From Staphylothermus marinus F1 (GTDB taxonomy: Archaea; Thermoproteota; Thermoprotei_A; Sulfolobales; Desulfurococcaceae): a stretch of DNA of 32,000 nt. The position numbers were made by a program, and so were the translations under genes. The notes under the pieces were generated by a model, which saw only the letters and a program-made list of their open reading frames with translations, did no database searches and was not told the DNA's origin. Shown piece after piece: positions 16,929-25,510 of this stretch (its first letter is position 1; each line of letters begins with the position of its first letter). The DNA lies in contig NC_009033.1 in NCBI RefSeq assembly GCF_000015945.1, positions 270,001 through 302,000 of the forward strand, given 5' to 3'.

Positions 16929-17112
16929 AAAAGCTTCACCCAGAGAATAAATAAAACAATATAAAACCAAGAGACGTAACCGAAAATATTATAGAAACAT
17001 AGTTGTATCAATAAAGACATTATATTTAATTATTAATTAGAGAAAATATTTCCGAAACATATTTAGAAATATTAAAATTACTGTTAATGCGGTTCTTTAA
17101 CAATAACTATTC

Positions 17113-17910
17113 TTAAGGCTTTACTGGTAAAGTATAGGATTGTATTAGTGTTCGTGTATAGGGATGTTTTGGATTCTCTATTATTTCTTGAAATGATGCT
17201 TCTTCTACTATTTCTCCCTTATACAGTATTATTGCTTTCTCCGCGAGATACTGGGCTACAGGTATATCATGTGTTACAGTGATCATTGTTGGTTTTAGTT
17301 TTTCATAGATTTCATTGAGTATATTTATTATTTGTGCCTGAATAGATACATCCAACGCTGATGTTGGCTCATCTAGTATTAGTATTTCTGGTTTATGCAC
17401 TAATGCTCTCGCTATTAGTACTCTTTGCATCATACCCCCGCTAAGCTGATCCGGGTAGTAATCTAAAACAGCTCTGTGGAGATGAACATGTTTCAAGCTC
17501 TCAAATACACGTTTCTCTGCTTCCTCCCCATCTATACCCAGTGCTTCTAATGGTTCATAGAGAATCCTTCTCACCTTAAGCCTTGGATTCAATGATCTAC
17601 TAGGATCTTGTGGCACATAACCTATTTTCTTAGCTAATAATCTTTTTTCACGTCTCTTCAAACTATACGGAGTATATCCGAGAACTCTTACCTCTCCATG
17701 TCTAGGCTTGATTAAGCCGAGCATTATTTTTATTAAAGTAGTTTTTCCAGCTCCACTTTCACCTATAATTGCAACTTTTTCTCCACGATAAATTGTTAAG
17801 TTAATATTTCTTAGTACAGGAGTGAATTTTTTGAATAATGACCTAAATCCTTTCGCAACATAGTATCCAGCCACAAGATCCTTGATTTCCACAACAGGTT
17901 CACTACTCAC
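17113..17910 (-). CDS. Peptide/nickel ABC transporter ATP-binding protein (DppF/OppF-like)
   Basis: Walker A GESGAGKT, signature LSGGMMQR, Walker B ILILDEP. Overlaps the upstream ATPase gene by 4 nt. Confidence 0.9.
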   Translation of the reverse strand: MSSEPVVEIKDLVAGYYVAKGFRSLFKKFTPVLRNINLTIYRGEKVAIIGESGAGKTTLIKIMLGLIKPRHGEVRVLGYTPYSLKRREKRLLAKKIGYVPQDPSRSLNPRLKVRRILYEPLEALGIDGEEAEKRVFESLKHVHLHRAVLDYYPDQLSGGMMQRVLIARALVHKPEILILDEPTSALDVSIQAQIINILNEIYEKLKPTMITVTHDIPVAQYLAEKAIILYKGEIVEEASFQEIIENPKHPYTRTLIQSYTLPVKP

Positions 17911-18887
17911 TTTTCCCCGCCCTCCACATTATATAGCCAGCAAGCAACACGATGACCATTGATCTCTATAATCTCGGGTTCTTTTTCTCTACAAATATCC
18001 ATAGCCTTTGGACATCTTTTACTGAACTGGCAACCTTTGATATATTCTCCGGGCCTAGGTGGTTCGCCTAGATAGGAGACTAGTTTTTTCTTAACACCTA
18101 GAATAGGGACGGCGTCGAACAACATTTTAGTGTAGGGATGCAGAGGGTTTTCGATAATTTCTCTAGTACTTGTTTCCTCAACTATTTTTCCAGCATACAT
18201 TACCGCTACTCGATCACATATTCGAGTAGCTGATAATATATCATGTGTTATCATTATAATTGTTAAGCCTAACTCGTTTTTCAGTCTCAGAAGAAGCTTT
18301 AATAATTGAAGCCTCAAATTAGCATCTAGCGCCGATGTTGGTTCGTCCGCAACAACTATTTTAGCACCAGTTGCCAGTGCTAAAGCAATAGCTGTTCTCT
18401 GCTGCATTCCACCACTTAGTTCGTGAGGATAACTGTCAAGTACTTGTTCAGGGTCTAATCCAACTATACCTAGTAGTTCTCTAGCTTTCTTCAACGAGTT
18501 CTCTTTATTTAATTCATATAGGCTGTTGAAAACATAGTAGAATTGCTCACTTATTGTTAGGTATGGATTCAAAGCTTTGCCTGGATTCTGAGGTATAAGT
18601 GTTACTAGTTTACCTCTTATTTCTTCATAGTGTTTCTCGTCTTCTACTATAACTTCTCTATTAAAGACTCTAAGCCTCCCCTTCGTAACCGAGTATGGTG
18701 GGAGTATTCCAACTATTGCGTTTCCAAGTGTTGACTTACCGCATCCACTCTCGCCTACGAGACAATATATTTCTCTCTCCAATACCTCGATGCTTATTCC
18801 TCGAACAGCCCATAAAATATTCTCTTCTTCATCCATATAGCCAATCCATAAATTCTCTGCTTTAACAGCTAAAACCATAATCTCCAC
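17907..18887 (-). CDS. Peptide/nickel ABC transporter ATP-binding protein (DppD/OppD-like)
   Basis: Walker A GESGCGKS, signature LSGGMQQR, Walker B VVADEP. The C-terminal Cys-containing oligopeptide-ABC extension (CQFSKRCP...C) is present. Confidence 0.9.
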   Translation of the reverse strand: MEIMVLAVKAENLWIGYMDEEENILWAVRGISIEVLEREIYCLVGESGCGKSTLGNAIVGILPPYSVTKGRLRVFNREVIVEDEKHYEEIRGKLVTLIPQNPGKALNPYLTISEQFYYVFNSLYELNKENSLKKARELLGIVGLDPEQVLDSYPHELSGGMQQRTAIALALATGAKIVVADEPTSALDANLRLQLLKLLLRLKNELGLTIIMITHDILSATRICDRVAVMYAGKIVEETSTREIIENPLHPYTKMLFDAVPILGVKKKLVSYLGEPPRPGEYIKGCQFSKRCPKAMDICREKEPEIIEINGHRVACWLYNVEGGEK

Positions 18888-19777
18888 CTACGCCTCATCC
18901 TAGGATCTAATTCTTCTCTAAGATTATCTCCTAACAAACTGAATCCTAAAGCTACCAATAATATGAAGAATCCTGGTATGAGGCTTATCCATGGATAACT
19001 ATAGATATAATTGAAACCATTCTGTACAAGAACTCCCCAATCAGGATAGTCTGGTGGCAGTCCTAGTCCTAGGAAATTTATAGCTGCTGCCTCCAATAAT
19101 ACGCTTCCAGTATCAGTTATTGCTTGGACAATAACGGGGGTTAGAGTGTTTGGTAGGATGTGGCGGTAAATTATTTTATAACCTGGTAAACCAGCTAGTT
19201 CAGCTAATGTAACAAATTCCATCCCTCTTACTCCTCTAGCATGGACATATGCTATTCTAGCATACCACGACCACCATGTAATTATTAGACTGGTTATTAC
19301 TACGAATAATCCTCTCCCGCCAAGCGTGTTGAGAGCTAAAGCAATTATTATTGCTGGAAAAGCCATAAATAATTCTGTGAAATAATTCAGTATCCTCTCT
19401 ATTAAACCACGATAATAAGCTGCGAAAACACCGATGACTAATCCTATAGCTAGACTAACAACTACAACAATGGTTATTTGAAACAATGCGTATCCAGCGC
19501 CGATAAGTATACGGGACAACAGGTCTCTGCCAATGAGATCTGTTCCGAACAAGTGTTTCAAACTAGGAGGCTGAGGCCCCCTCATCTGTGTTTCAGGGCC
19601 TGCAATACCCCAGCCTTCCTCTGGATAAGGAGCTATGAAAGGTCCTAGAATAGCTATTAATACTGTGAAAACCACTATTACAACCCCAATCCTAAACCCT
19701 GCTCTACGTTTCCATGCTCTCTTAACAAGTGTTTTTAGCTCGGCAACTCTCTCCGATCGTTTTATTCTATTCATCAT
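18869..19777 (-). CDS. Peptide ABC transporter permease (DppC/OppC-like)
   Basis: 302 aa, multi-TM. The BPD-transporter EAA-like loop is (L/V)ELAGLPGYKIIYRHILPN. Confidence 0.9.
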   Translation of the reverse strand: MMNRIKRSERVAELKTLVKRAWKRRAGFRIGVVIVVFTVLIAILGPFIAPYPEEGWGIAGPETQMRGPQPPSLKHLFGTDLIGRDLLSRILIGAGYALFQITIVVVVSLAIGLVIGVFAAYYRGLIERILNYFTELFMAFPAIIIALALNTLGGRGLFVVITSLIITWWSWYARIAYVHARGVRGMEFVTLAELAGLPGYKIIYRHILPNTLTPVIVQAITDTGSVLLEAAAINFLGLGLPPDYPDWGVLVQNGFNYIYSYPWISLIPGFFILLVALGFSLLGDNLREELDPRMRRRWRLWF

Positions 19778-20802
19778 AGTTTCACCCTTGGATCAATTAT
19801 TGCTTGTAATATGTCCGCTAACGTATTCATTATGATATAGAATATTGTTACAGTAACCATGAGCCCGGTGATCAATGTATAGTCGCTTTTACCGATCACA
19901 CTATAAGCAATACTGCCTAAGCCTTCACGTCCAAAAACAACTTCAACAATCATCGCATCAACTAAGCTGTAAGCAAAAGCAAGACCCATTATTTGGGTAA
20001 GACTCGGTATAGCTCCTCTAAAAGCATATTTCCATATAATAATTCTTCTCTCAACCCCCCAAGCAACAGCCGCACGAACATATTCCTCATTAAGGTTCTC
20101 AGCTACTAATGCCCTGGATATTCTAAGCCCTAACCCTATAGGATATGTTGCAACCACTATTGCTGGAGGCAGTATTCTTAGAAAAACATCTATAAAGACA
20201 GGCAGGTTACCCTCAATTAAAGCATCTAATAAGTAAAAACCCGTTATTGGATGAAAACCTGTCTGAAACATGAGATATGTATCTATTCTACCATAGCCTG
20301 TAAACCCTATTGTCTCAGCCAGCAATATTATTAAGCCTATTCCCAACCAGAAACTAGGAGCGTTAGCAAGCAGTATTGCTAGAGACTGCATTATGCTATC
20401 AAATCTAGAGCCCCGGCGCAGAGCTGATTCTACACCTAGAAAAACACCTATACTTATACCTATAATATAAGATACTACTAGTAATTCAAGAGTGGCTGTT
20501 AATCCTCTCCAAATAACTTCTGCGACTGGAACTCTATATACTATGGATACACCCATGTTTCCGCTGAGAACTTGTAGAGTATACCTTAATACCTGTATGG
20601 GTAAGGGCTGATCTAGTCCTAGCTCCTCCCGTGCTTTCTGAATAGCTAACCCAGCTTTTTCGCCACGCGGATTTCCCGCCCATATCTTAGCGGGGTCTCC
20701 CGGCGCAGATATGATTATTATATATGATAACATTATAACTCCAATAATTATTAGTGCCGACCAAAAAACTCTTTTAACTAAATAGTTGAGGCTGACAGGC
20801 AA
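19774..20802 (-). CDS. Peptide ABC transporter permease (DppB/OppB-like)
   Basis: 342 aa. Begins with the typical YLVKR(V/L) N-terminus, has 6 TM helices, and an EEYVRAAVAWGV EAA loop. Confidence 0.9.
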   Translation of the reverse strand: MPVSLNYLVKRVFWSALIIIGVIMLSYIIIISAPGDPAKIWAGNPRGEKAGLAIQKAREELGLDQPLPIQVLRYTLQVLSGNMGVSIVYRVPVAEVIWRGLTATLELLVVSYIIGISIGVFLGVESALRRGSRFDSIMQSLAILLANAPSFWLGIGLIILLAETIGFTGYGRIDTYLMFQTGFHPITGFYLLDALIEGNLPVFIDVFLRILPPAIVVATYPIGLGLRISRALVAENLNEEYVRAAVAWGVERRIIIWKYAFRGAIPSLTQIMGLAFAYSLVDAMIVEVVFGREGLGSIAYSVIGKSDYTLITGLMVTVTIFYIIMNTLADILQAIIDPRVKL

Positions 20803-20807
20803 TTCTG

Positions 20808-22445
20808 CTAACCTTTAACTTCAACATATTGGAAAAAGACCACAAACATATATAGCGGATTCAACGCCTTATCCTCTAATACAACCCTATCACTATATAC
20901 GTATGGCTGTATTTCATCCCATAGATTAATAGCGGGGACATCACGGTAAATTATGTCTTGTGCTTGAACATATAGTTTCATAGCTTTATCATAATCTACA
21001 CCTTCAAGTTTCCAAGCATTATCTATTAGTTCCTCGAATTCATTATTCTCATAACCCGCCCAGTTCCACTCCTTTACATCGCTGTGTAATAGATTATATA
21101 GGAAATCATAGGGTGAGGGAATCGTTGGCCACCAATCATTTATCATGAGATGAGGAACACTATTAGGATCCTCCCAGACCTTAGGCCCTGTCTCAGCCAT
21201 AGTATCCCATGGCTTAGCAAGAATATCCACATCTATCCCTAGATCTTTTAGTTCGCCCTTCAAGATCTCTGCAAATGCTACTTCTTGTTCATAGCTTCCC
21301 TCAACCATTATCTCTATTTTAAGGTTCTTACCGAGAAGCCCTGCTTTTCTGAGGAGTTCTCGTGCTAGTGTCTTATTATATGTATATGTATAGTTGTCAA
21401 GATGGCCGGGGAAGTGGTGTGGTATTATTCCACTTCCTGGAACCCCGAAGCCTTTCAGAGCTCTCGTAACTATTCTATCCCATGGTATTGAGTGCGCTAT
21501 AGCTAATCTAAATTCTGTAATGTTTGTTGGGTATCTTCTAGTATTGAACATTAATACATAGTTGTGATATGTTGTTTCATTTCTTACATGGTATCCTTGC
21601 TTCATAAGGTTATGGATCTCTCCTAGTGGAACTTGTGTGGCTATATCTATTGCACCACTCTTTAAACCATTTAGTTGAGCAGTACTATCCGTCACGATCT
21701 TTATTACTACAATGTCTGGAGCGTATGGATTATTAATTATTTTCCATCCCCACCAATCTTTGAACTTCTCCAATCTAACTTCAGATTCTGGATCATAATA
21801 TGTGATCTTATATGGCCCGCTACCATCCTCATGCCCTTTATCAAACCATTCCCTGAGCGAGGGATCTAGCGGATCATTTACTCCAGCATATTCTAGGACC
21901 TTAGGACTATAAATGTATGCACCATAACTAGCAGCCGCTATTAAGTCCAGTCTCATTGGTCTATCGAGGATGAATTGTACAGTATAATTATCGACGACTT
22001 TGATCTCTTTCACACCCTCCCATATATACCCTGGTCCCTCCCCTTCTTCAACATATGCTTTGAGTGCCCGCTCAATACTAAACTTTACAGCTTGAGCAGT
22101 AACAGGTGTTCCATCGTGAAACTTAGCATCTCTTCTCAAATGAAAAGTCCAAATAGTATGGTTATCGTTTGCCTCCCAAGACTCAGCAAGCGCAGGCATG
22201 AACTCGTTTTTCTCGGGATCATAGTATAATAGAGGCTCATATACTGTTCCAAGCACAACTAATCCTGTATCAAATTCTAGGGAGGGATCGATCCCCGTTA
22301 TGGAGTCTTCGTATGCATACACCACTACCCTTAGCTTCTGCGTGGGTTTCTCTGTCCAGAAATTATAATTATATAGATAATAAGCTGTTAGACCTACGGC
22401 AATAATCACTACTAATATAATCCCAATCAGTAATTTTCTATTCAT
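20808..22445 (-). CDS. ABC transporter substrate-binding protein, family 5 (peptide/oligosaccharide-binding), N-terminally membrane anchored
   Basis: 545 aa. N-terminal TM anchor MNRKLLIGIILVVIIAVGL. SBP_bac_5-like stretches (PLLYYDP...PALAESWE, KFHDGTP.TA.AVKFS). First gene of the 5-gene operon. GGGGTGAG SD upstream. Confidence 0.87.
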   Translation of the reverse strand: MNRKLLIGIILVVIIAVGLTAYYLYNYNFWTEKPTQKLRVVVYAYEDSITGIDPSLEFDTGLVVLGTVYEPLLYYDPEKNEFMPALAESWEANDNHTIWTFHLRRDAKFHDGTPVTAQAVKFSIERALKAYVEEGEGPGYIWEGVKEIKVVDNYTVQFILDRPMRLDLIAAASYGAYIYSPKVLEYAGVNDPLDPSLREWFDKGHEDGSGPYKITYYDPESEVRLEKFKDWWGWKIINNPYAPDIVVIKIVTDSTAQLNGLKSGAIDIATQVPLGEIHNLMKQGYHVRNETTYHNYVLMFNTRRYPTNITEFRLAIAHSIPWDRIVTRALKGFGVPGSGIIPHHFPGHLDNYTYTYNKTLARELLRKAGLLGKNLKIEIMVEGSYEQEVAFAEILKGELKDLGIDVDILAKPWDTMAETGPKVWEDPNSVPHLMINDWWPTIPSPYDFLYNLLHSDVKEWNWAGYENNEFEELIDNAWKLEGVDYDKAMKLYVQAQDIIYRDVPAINLWDEIQPYVYSDRVVLEDKALNPLYMFVVFFQYVEVKG

Positions 22446-22548
22446 GAAGCACTCACCCCTGATTTAATGGGGGGCTCAATGAGAATTTAAATATATTGTA
22501 TAATAATATAGGACAGTGTCTATAAAAATTGGTCAAATTATTAAAACT

Positions 22549-22587
22549 ATAAAGGTGCTAATAAAGGTGCTAATAAAGGTGCTAATA
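22549..22587 (+). repeat. Perfect tandem repeat, 3 x 12 bp (ATAAAGGTGCTA) plus a partial 4th copy, ending 1 nt before the DUF89 start codon
   Basis: Read directly: ATAAAGGTGCTA at 22549-22560, 22561-22572 and 22573-22584, then ATA. Each unit carries an AGGTG Shine-Dalgarno-like core. Only the third unit is at functional spacing (7 nt) from ATG 22589. Confidence 0.9.
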
Positions 22588-22588
22588 C

Positions 22589-23485
22589 ATGAAGCCACAT
22601 ACACCATGTATTCAATGCATAGTATCTGTTAGATTACGTGAAATAATAAATAGTGTGAGAAATCAAGAAAGATCGATTAAGCTACAAATACAACTATTAA
22701 AAATAGCATATGAAGAGTTTTCTAAAAATAATGAATTAACAATTATTGCTACAAATATATTTAATAGACTAATAAGGCTTGCACCAGAGATAATAGAGTA
22801 TTATAGGGAGATTAAGAGAAAAGCAATAGATAAAGCATGGGAAAACATAGGAGAGTATAAATCTTTTCTCGAAAAATTTATGGGATACGAGAAATTCAGG
22901 TTTGCAACGAAGATATCCATAGCAGGTAACGCGTTAGATACTGGAGTGGCAGGATATGAGCCGCCGAATAAGATCTCAATTGATCGAATACTCTCTACAC
23001 CGTTAATAATAGATCATACCCGTGAAATATATGATTATATACGGATAGGAGGTAAGAAGATCCTATGGTTATTTGACAATGCTGGGGAATCAGTTCTAGA
23101 TACATTGCTTGTGGAAATACTGCAGAACTATGGGAATAAAGTGATAGGTGTTGCTAAGGAGGACCCTGGTTTCCAAAATGATCTAACAATAAGCGACACA
23201 TATTATGCAAGACTAGATAAAGTATTCGATGAAATAATTTCAACTGGTTATAATGGTTCAAGCATACATTTAAATAAAGTATCAGAGCAATTCAAAAAAT
23301 ATCTTAAAGAAGCTGATCTAATAGTAGCTAAGGGTATGGCACACTATGAATACATAAGCAGTATAGAGTTAGCAAAACCAATAATTCATCTTCTTATTCC
23401 TAAATGCGAACCTGTAGCTAAAACGGTGGGTGCCATAAGGGGATTCTATGTCGCATATTTGAGAAAAACCGGTGATCATAATTAA
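22589..23485 (+). CDS. DUF89 (ARMT1-like) metal-dependent damage-control phosphatase
   Basis: 298 aa. N-terminal CIQC, the DNAGE motif (WLFDNAGESVLD), and AKGMAHYE (the KG.GNYE-like motif). These are typical of archaeal DUF89 proteins. Confidence 0.8.
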   Translation: MKPHTPCIQCIVSVRLREIINSVRNQERSIKLQIQLLKIAYEEFSKNNELTIIATNIFNRLIRLAPEIIEYYREIKRKAIDKAWENIGEYKSFLEKFMGYEKFRFATKISIAGNALDTGVAGYEPPNKISIDRILSTPLIIDHTREIYDYIRIGGKKILWLFDNAGESVLDTLLVEILQNYGNKVIGVAKEDPGFQNDLTISDTYYARLDKVFDEIISTGYNGSSIHLNKVSEQFKKYLKEADLIVAKGMAHYEYISSIELAKPIIHLLIPKCEPVAKTVGAIRGFYVAYLRKTGDHN

Positions 23486-23536
23486 AATCTAAACTAACAA
23501 GGAGGAGATCGGCGGACATATTAGCTTAAGGCTAAT

Positions 23537-23564
23537 TTAGAAAAAAGTATTTATTATTGCCTGG
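23537..23564 (-). terminator. Oligo-T tract just downstream of the aminotransferase stop (probable terminator)
   Basis: The minus strand reads CCAGGCAATAATAAATACTTTTTTCTAA, a T6 run within 25 nt of the stop. A 6-bp hairpin ATTAGC/GCTAAT follows at 23520-23536. Confidence 0.3.
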
Positions 23565-24794
23565 TTACTTGGTTCTTTCAGATAATAAGTCTTCGACAGC
23601 TTTCCTGAACCTTTTAGCCCCTTCTAGTATTGCTTCTTTACTTGTTGCAAAGCTGAATCTAACATAGTCTTTTCCAGCGGTGTCCGGAAATGCTGTTCCT
23701 GGAAGTATTATTAAGTAATAATTATCTATTATATAGTCTACGAACTCGTCCACGCTCATATTTATCTTATCAAGTAAGTTCCTGATCCTAGGGAACAAGT
23801 AGAATGCTCCAAGGCTTTTCCAGACTTCTACTCCCTCTATTCCTTGCAGTTCATTATATAGTAGATCCCTCATCTCTGCATATCTCTTACTTAGTTTTTC
23901 AGCCCATTTCCATGACTCCGGATCTTTCAATGCTGTAACTGCTGCTTTTTGTGCAAAACTTATTGGGCATCCCCAAATATTTACTGCTAACTTACTCAGT
24001 ATTTCAGCAACTTCTCTACGTACTACAATGTATCCTAGGCGCCAACCAGTCATGGAGAATGTTTTTGAGAAACCATTTGTGTATACTAAAAACTCCCTCC
24101 AGTCAGGATAGGAGATTAGGGATTTAAACTTTCCCTCATATATGAAGTTATCATATATCTCGTCTGCTAGAATCATTATTTTGTGTTTTCTAGCAATACT
24201 CACTAGTTCATCTATTTCTTTAGGTGTAAAAACTGCTCCGCTAGGGTTATGTGGATTATTAACAACGATCATTTTTGTTCTAGAAGTTATAGCTTCTTCT
24301 ATGGCTTCTATGTCAAGTTTAAACCCCTTATCACGTCCCTCGAAGCGTAAAGACACGAACCTAGCTCTGGCATTAAGTATTTTCGCTCCTTCTGGGTAAG
24401 CAGGATATGTTGGTTCTGGAACAATTATTTCATCTCCAGGATCAAGATAAGCAGCTAAAGCTAAGAAAATCGCTCCTTTAGTTCCAGGAGTCACCACTAC
24501 TTCTCTCCAATCAACATCACTACCATATCTCTCATTCAAATAATCCGCGATAGCTTGTCTAAGCTCAGGTATACCTGGAGTCTCGGTATAACCAGTGAAT
24601 TTCTCATCTTTTAACCAGTGAACAGCTGATTCAATAACATTATCGGGTGTAGGAACATCTGGTTGTCCAATACTTAGATTTACTACGTGATATCCTTTAG
24701 AAGCTAGTTCTCTCCCTCTCGCAATAAATGCAAATCCTCCCTCTCCTCTCATATGGGGAATTATGCTTCTGAATTTTAGAGTTGGGGATACCAT
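23565..24794 (-). CDS. Class I/II pyridoxal-phosphate-dependent aminotransferase (aspartate/aromatic aminotransferase-like)
   Basis: 409 aa. NNPHNPSGAVF, and SKTFSMTGWRLGY with the PLP-binding Lys in the SK motif. Confidence 0.9.
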   Translation of the reverse strand: MVSPTLKFRSIIPHMRGEGGFAFIARGRELASKGYHVVNLSIGQPDVPTPDNVIESAVHWLKDEKFTGYTETPGIPELRQAIADYLNERYGSDVDWREVVVTPGTKGAIFLALAAYLDPGDEIIVPEPTYPAYPEGAKILNARARFVSLRFEGRDKGFKLDIEAIEEAITSRTKMIVVNNPHNPSGAVFTPKEIDELVSIARKHKIMILADEIYDNFIYEGKFKSLISYPDWREFLVYTNGFSKTFSMTGWRLGYIVVRREVAEILSKLAVNIWGCPISFAQKAAVTALKDPESWKWAEKLSKRYAEMRDLLYNELQGIEGVEVWKSLGAFYLFPRIRNLLDKINMSVDEFVDYIIDNYYLIILPGTAFPDTAGKDYVRFSFATSKEAILEGAKRFRKAVEDLLSERTK

Positions 24795-25089
24795 TTACGA
24801 ACACCGAATCATTATAGGTAGCTGAGAAACCAATCATATCAAGCAAAGAATATAAATTACAATACTAGTATATTACTCTATCCCGGAAATTTCACGTATT
24901 ATACTGTTTTGAAGATGAAACGCTATAATTGGTTATGAATTATCTAAGCTCCGCTACTCCTCTATATTAAAAACATTGCTATGTGTAGCTGTTGCTGGAG
25001 CATTATTTATAACAGCATTCTTCTACAATATAAAATAGTTATTTGTACTAACTGCATTCTTTGACTGGCTCCCTCTTCCAACAGAGTGG

Positions 25090-25293
25090 ATGAAAATAGG
25101 TGGAATAAGAAGTAGTAGGGCTAGAAAAGCCGGGATACTGCATGGTGTGGTCACTATTGTTGCATATACTATTGGGATAACGTGGTTATTCGTTGATCGT
25201 ATAGGTATAATTGATCTAGGCTATTTATTTATTCTAATATGGTTCCAAGCAGTCATATTGGGATCTTATACAACTGCTGTAAAGTTAACATAG
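25090..25293 (+). CDS. Hypothetical small membrane protein (67 aa, 2 predicted TM helices)
   Basis: This is the only ORF of 60 codons or more in a 716-bp gap. It has a basic N-terminus (RSSRARK) followed by two hydrophobic segments, and a TATA-like ATATAAAAT about 55 nt upstream. There is no SD and I recognise no homology. Confidence 0.3.
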   Translation: MKIGGIRSSRARKAGILHGVVTIVAYTIGITWLFVDRIGIIDLGYLFILIWFQAVILGSYTTAVKLT

Positions 25294-25510
25294 AAAAACA
25301 TATCTGAAAAATACCGTGTTAACGCATGAATTACAGCCTTACGCGCTAGAGCTTCCTATTCTATTTCTTGCAATGTTATGATAGGTATGCATTGTTATAT
25401 TATTATTGTATATTTGTTCGATATGCTTATTTATATTCCCGATGCTACTCTTTTTATTCTTGAACAATCTATAAATCAATTATGTAACATATATTGTCTC
25501 CAGAGGTGAC

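Noticed and set aside
16929-17020. Longer N-terminus of the RadA-like protein (track start 16970) and the 63-aa ORF at 16829-17020
   Set aside because: ATG 16928 has a GGGTGA SD at proper spacing and begins exactly at the conserved (I)TG...(L/I)D strand. The upstream residues are hydrophobic read-through of promoter DNA. The 63-aa ORF is an out-of-frame overlap on the same strand with no support.
22555-22632. Reading the 12-bp tandem repeat as a coding (VLIK)n N-terminal extension of the DUF89 gene
   Set aside because: The GTG CTA ATA AAG frame is out of frame with ATG 22589 and runs into a TAG about 75 nt downstream, so the repeat is non-coding leader or promoter sequence.
23520-23536. Hairpin ATTAGC-TTAAG-GCTAAT as a bacterial-style intrinsic terminator
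   Set aside because: The stem is only 6 bp and AT-rich. Archaeal termination relies mainly on oligo-T, and the adjacent T6 tract on the minus strand explains termination without the hairpin.
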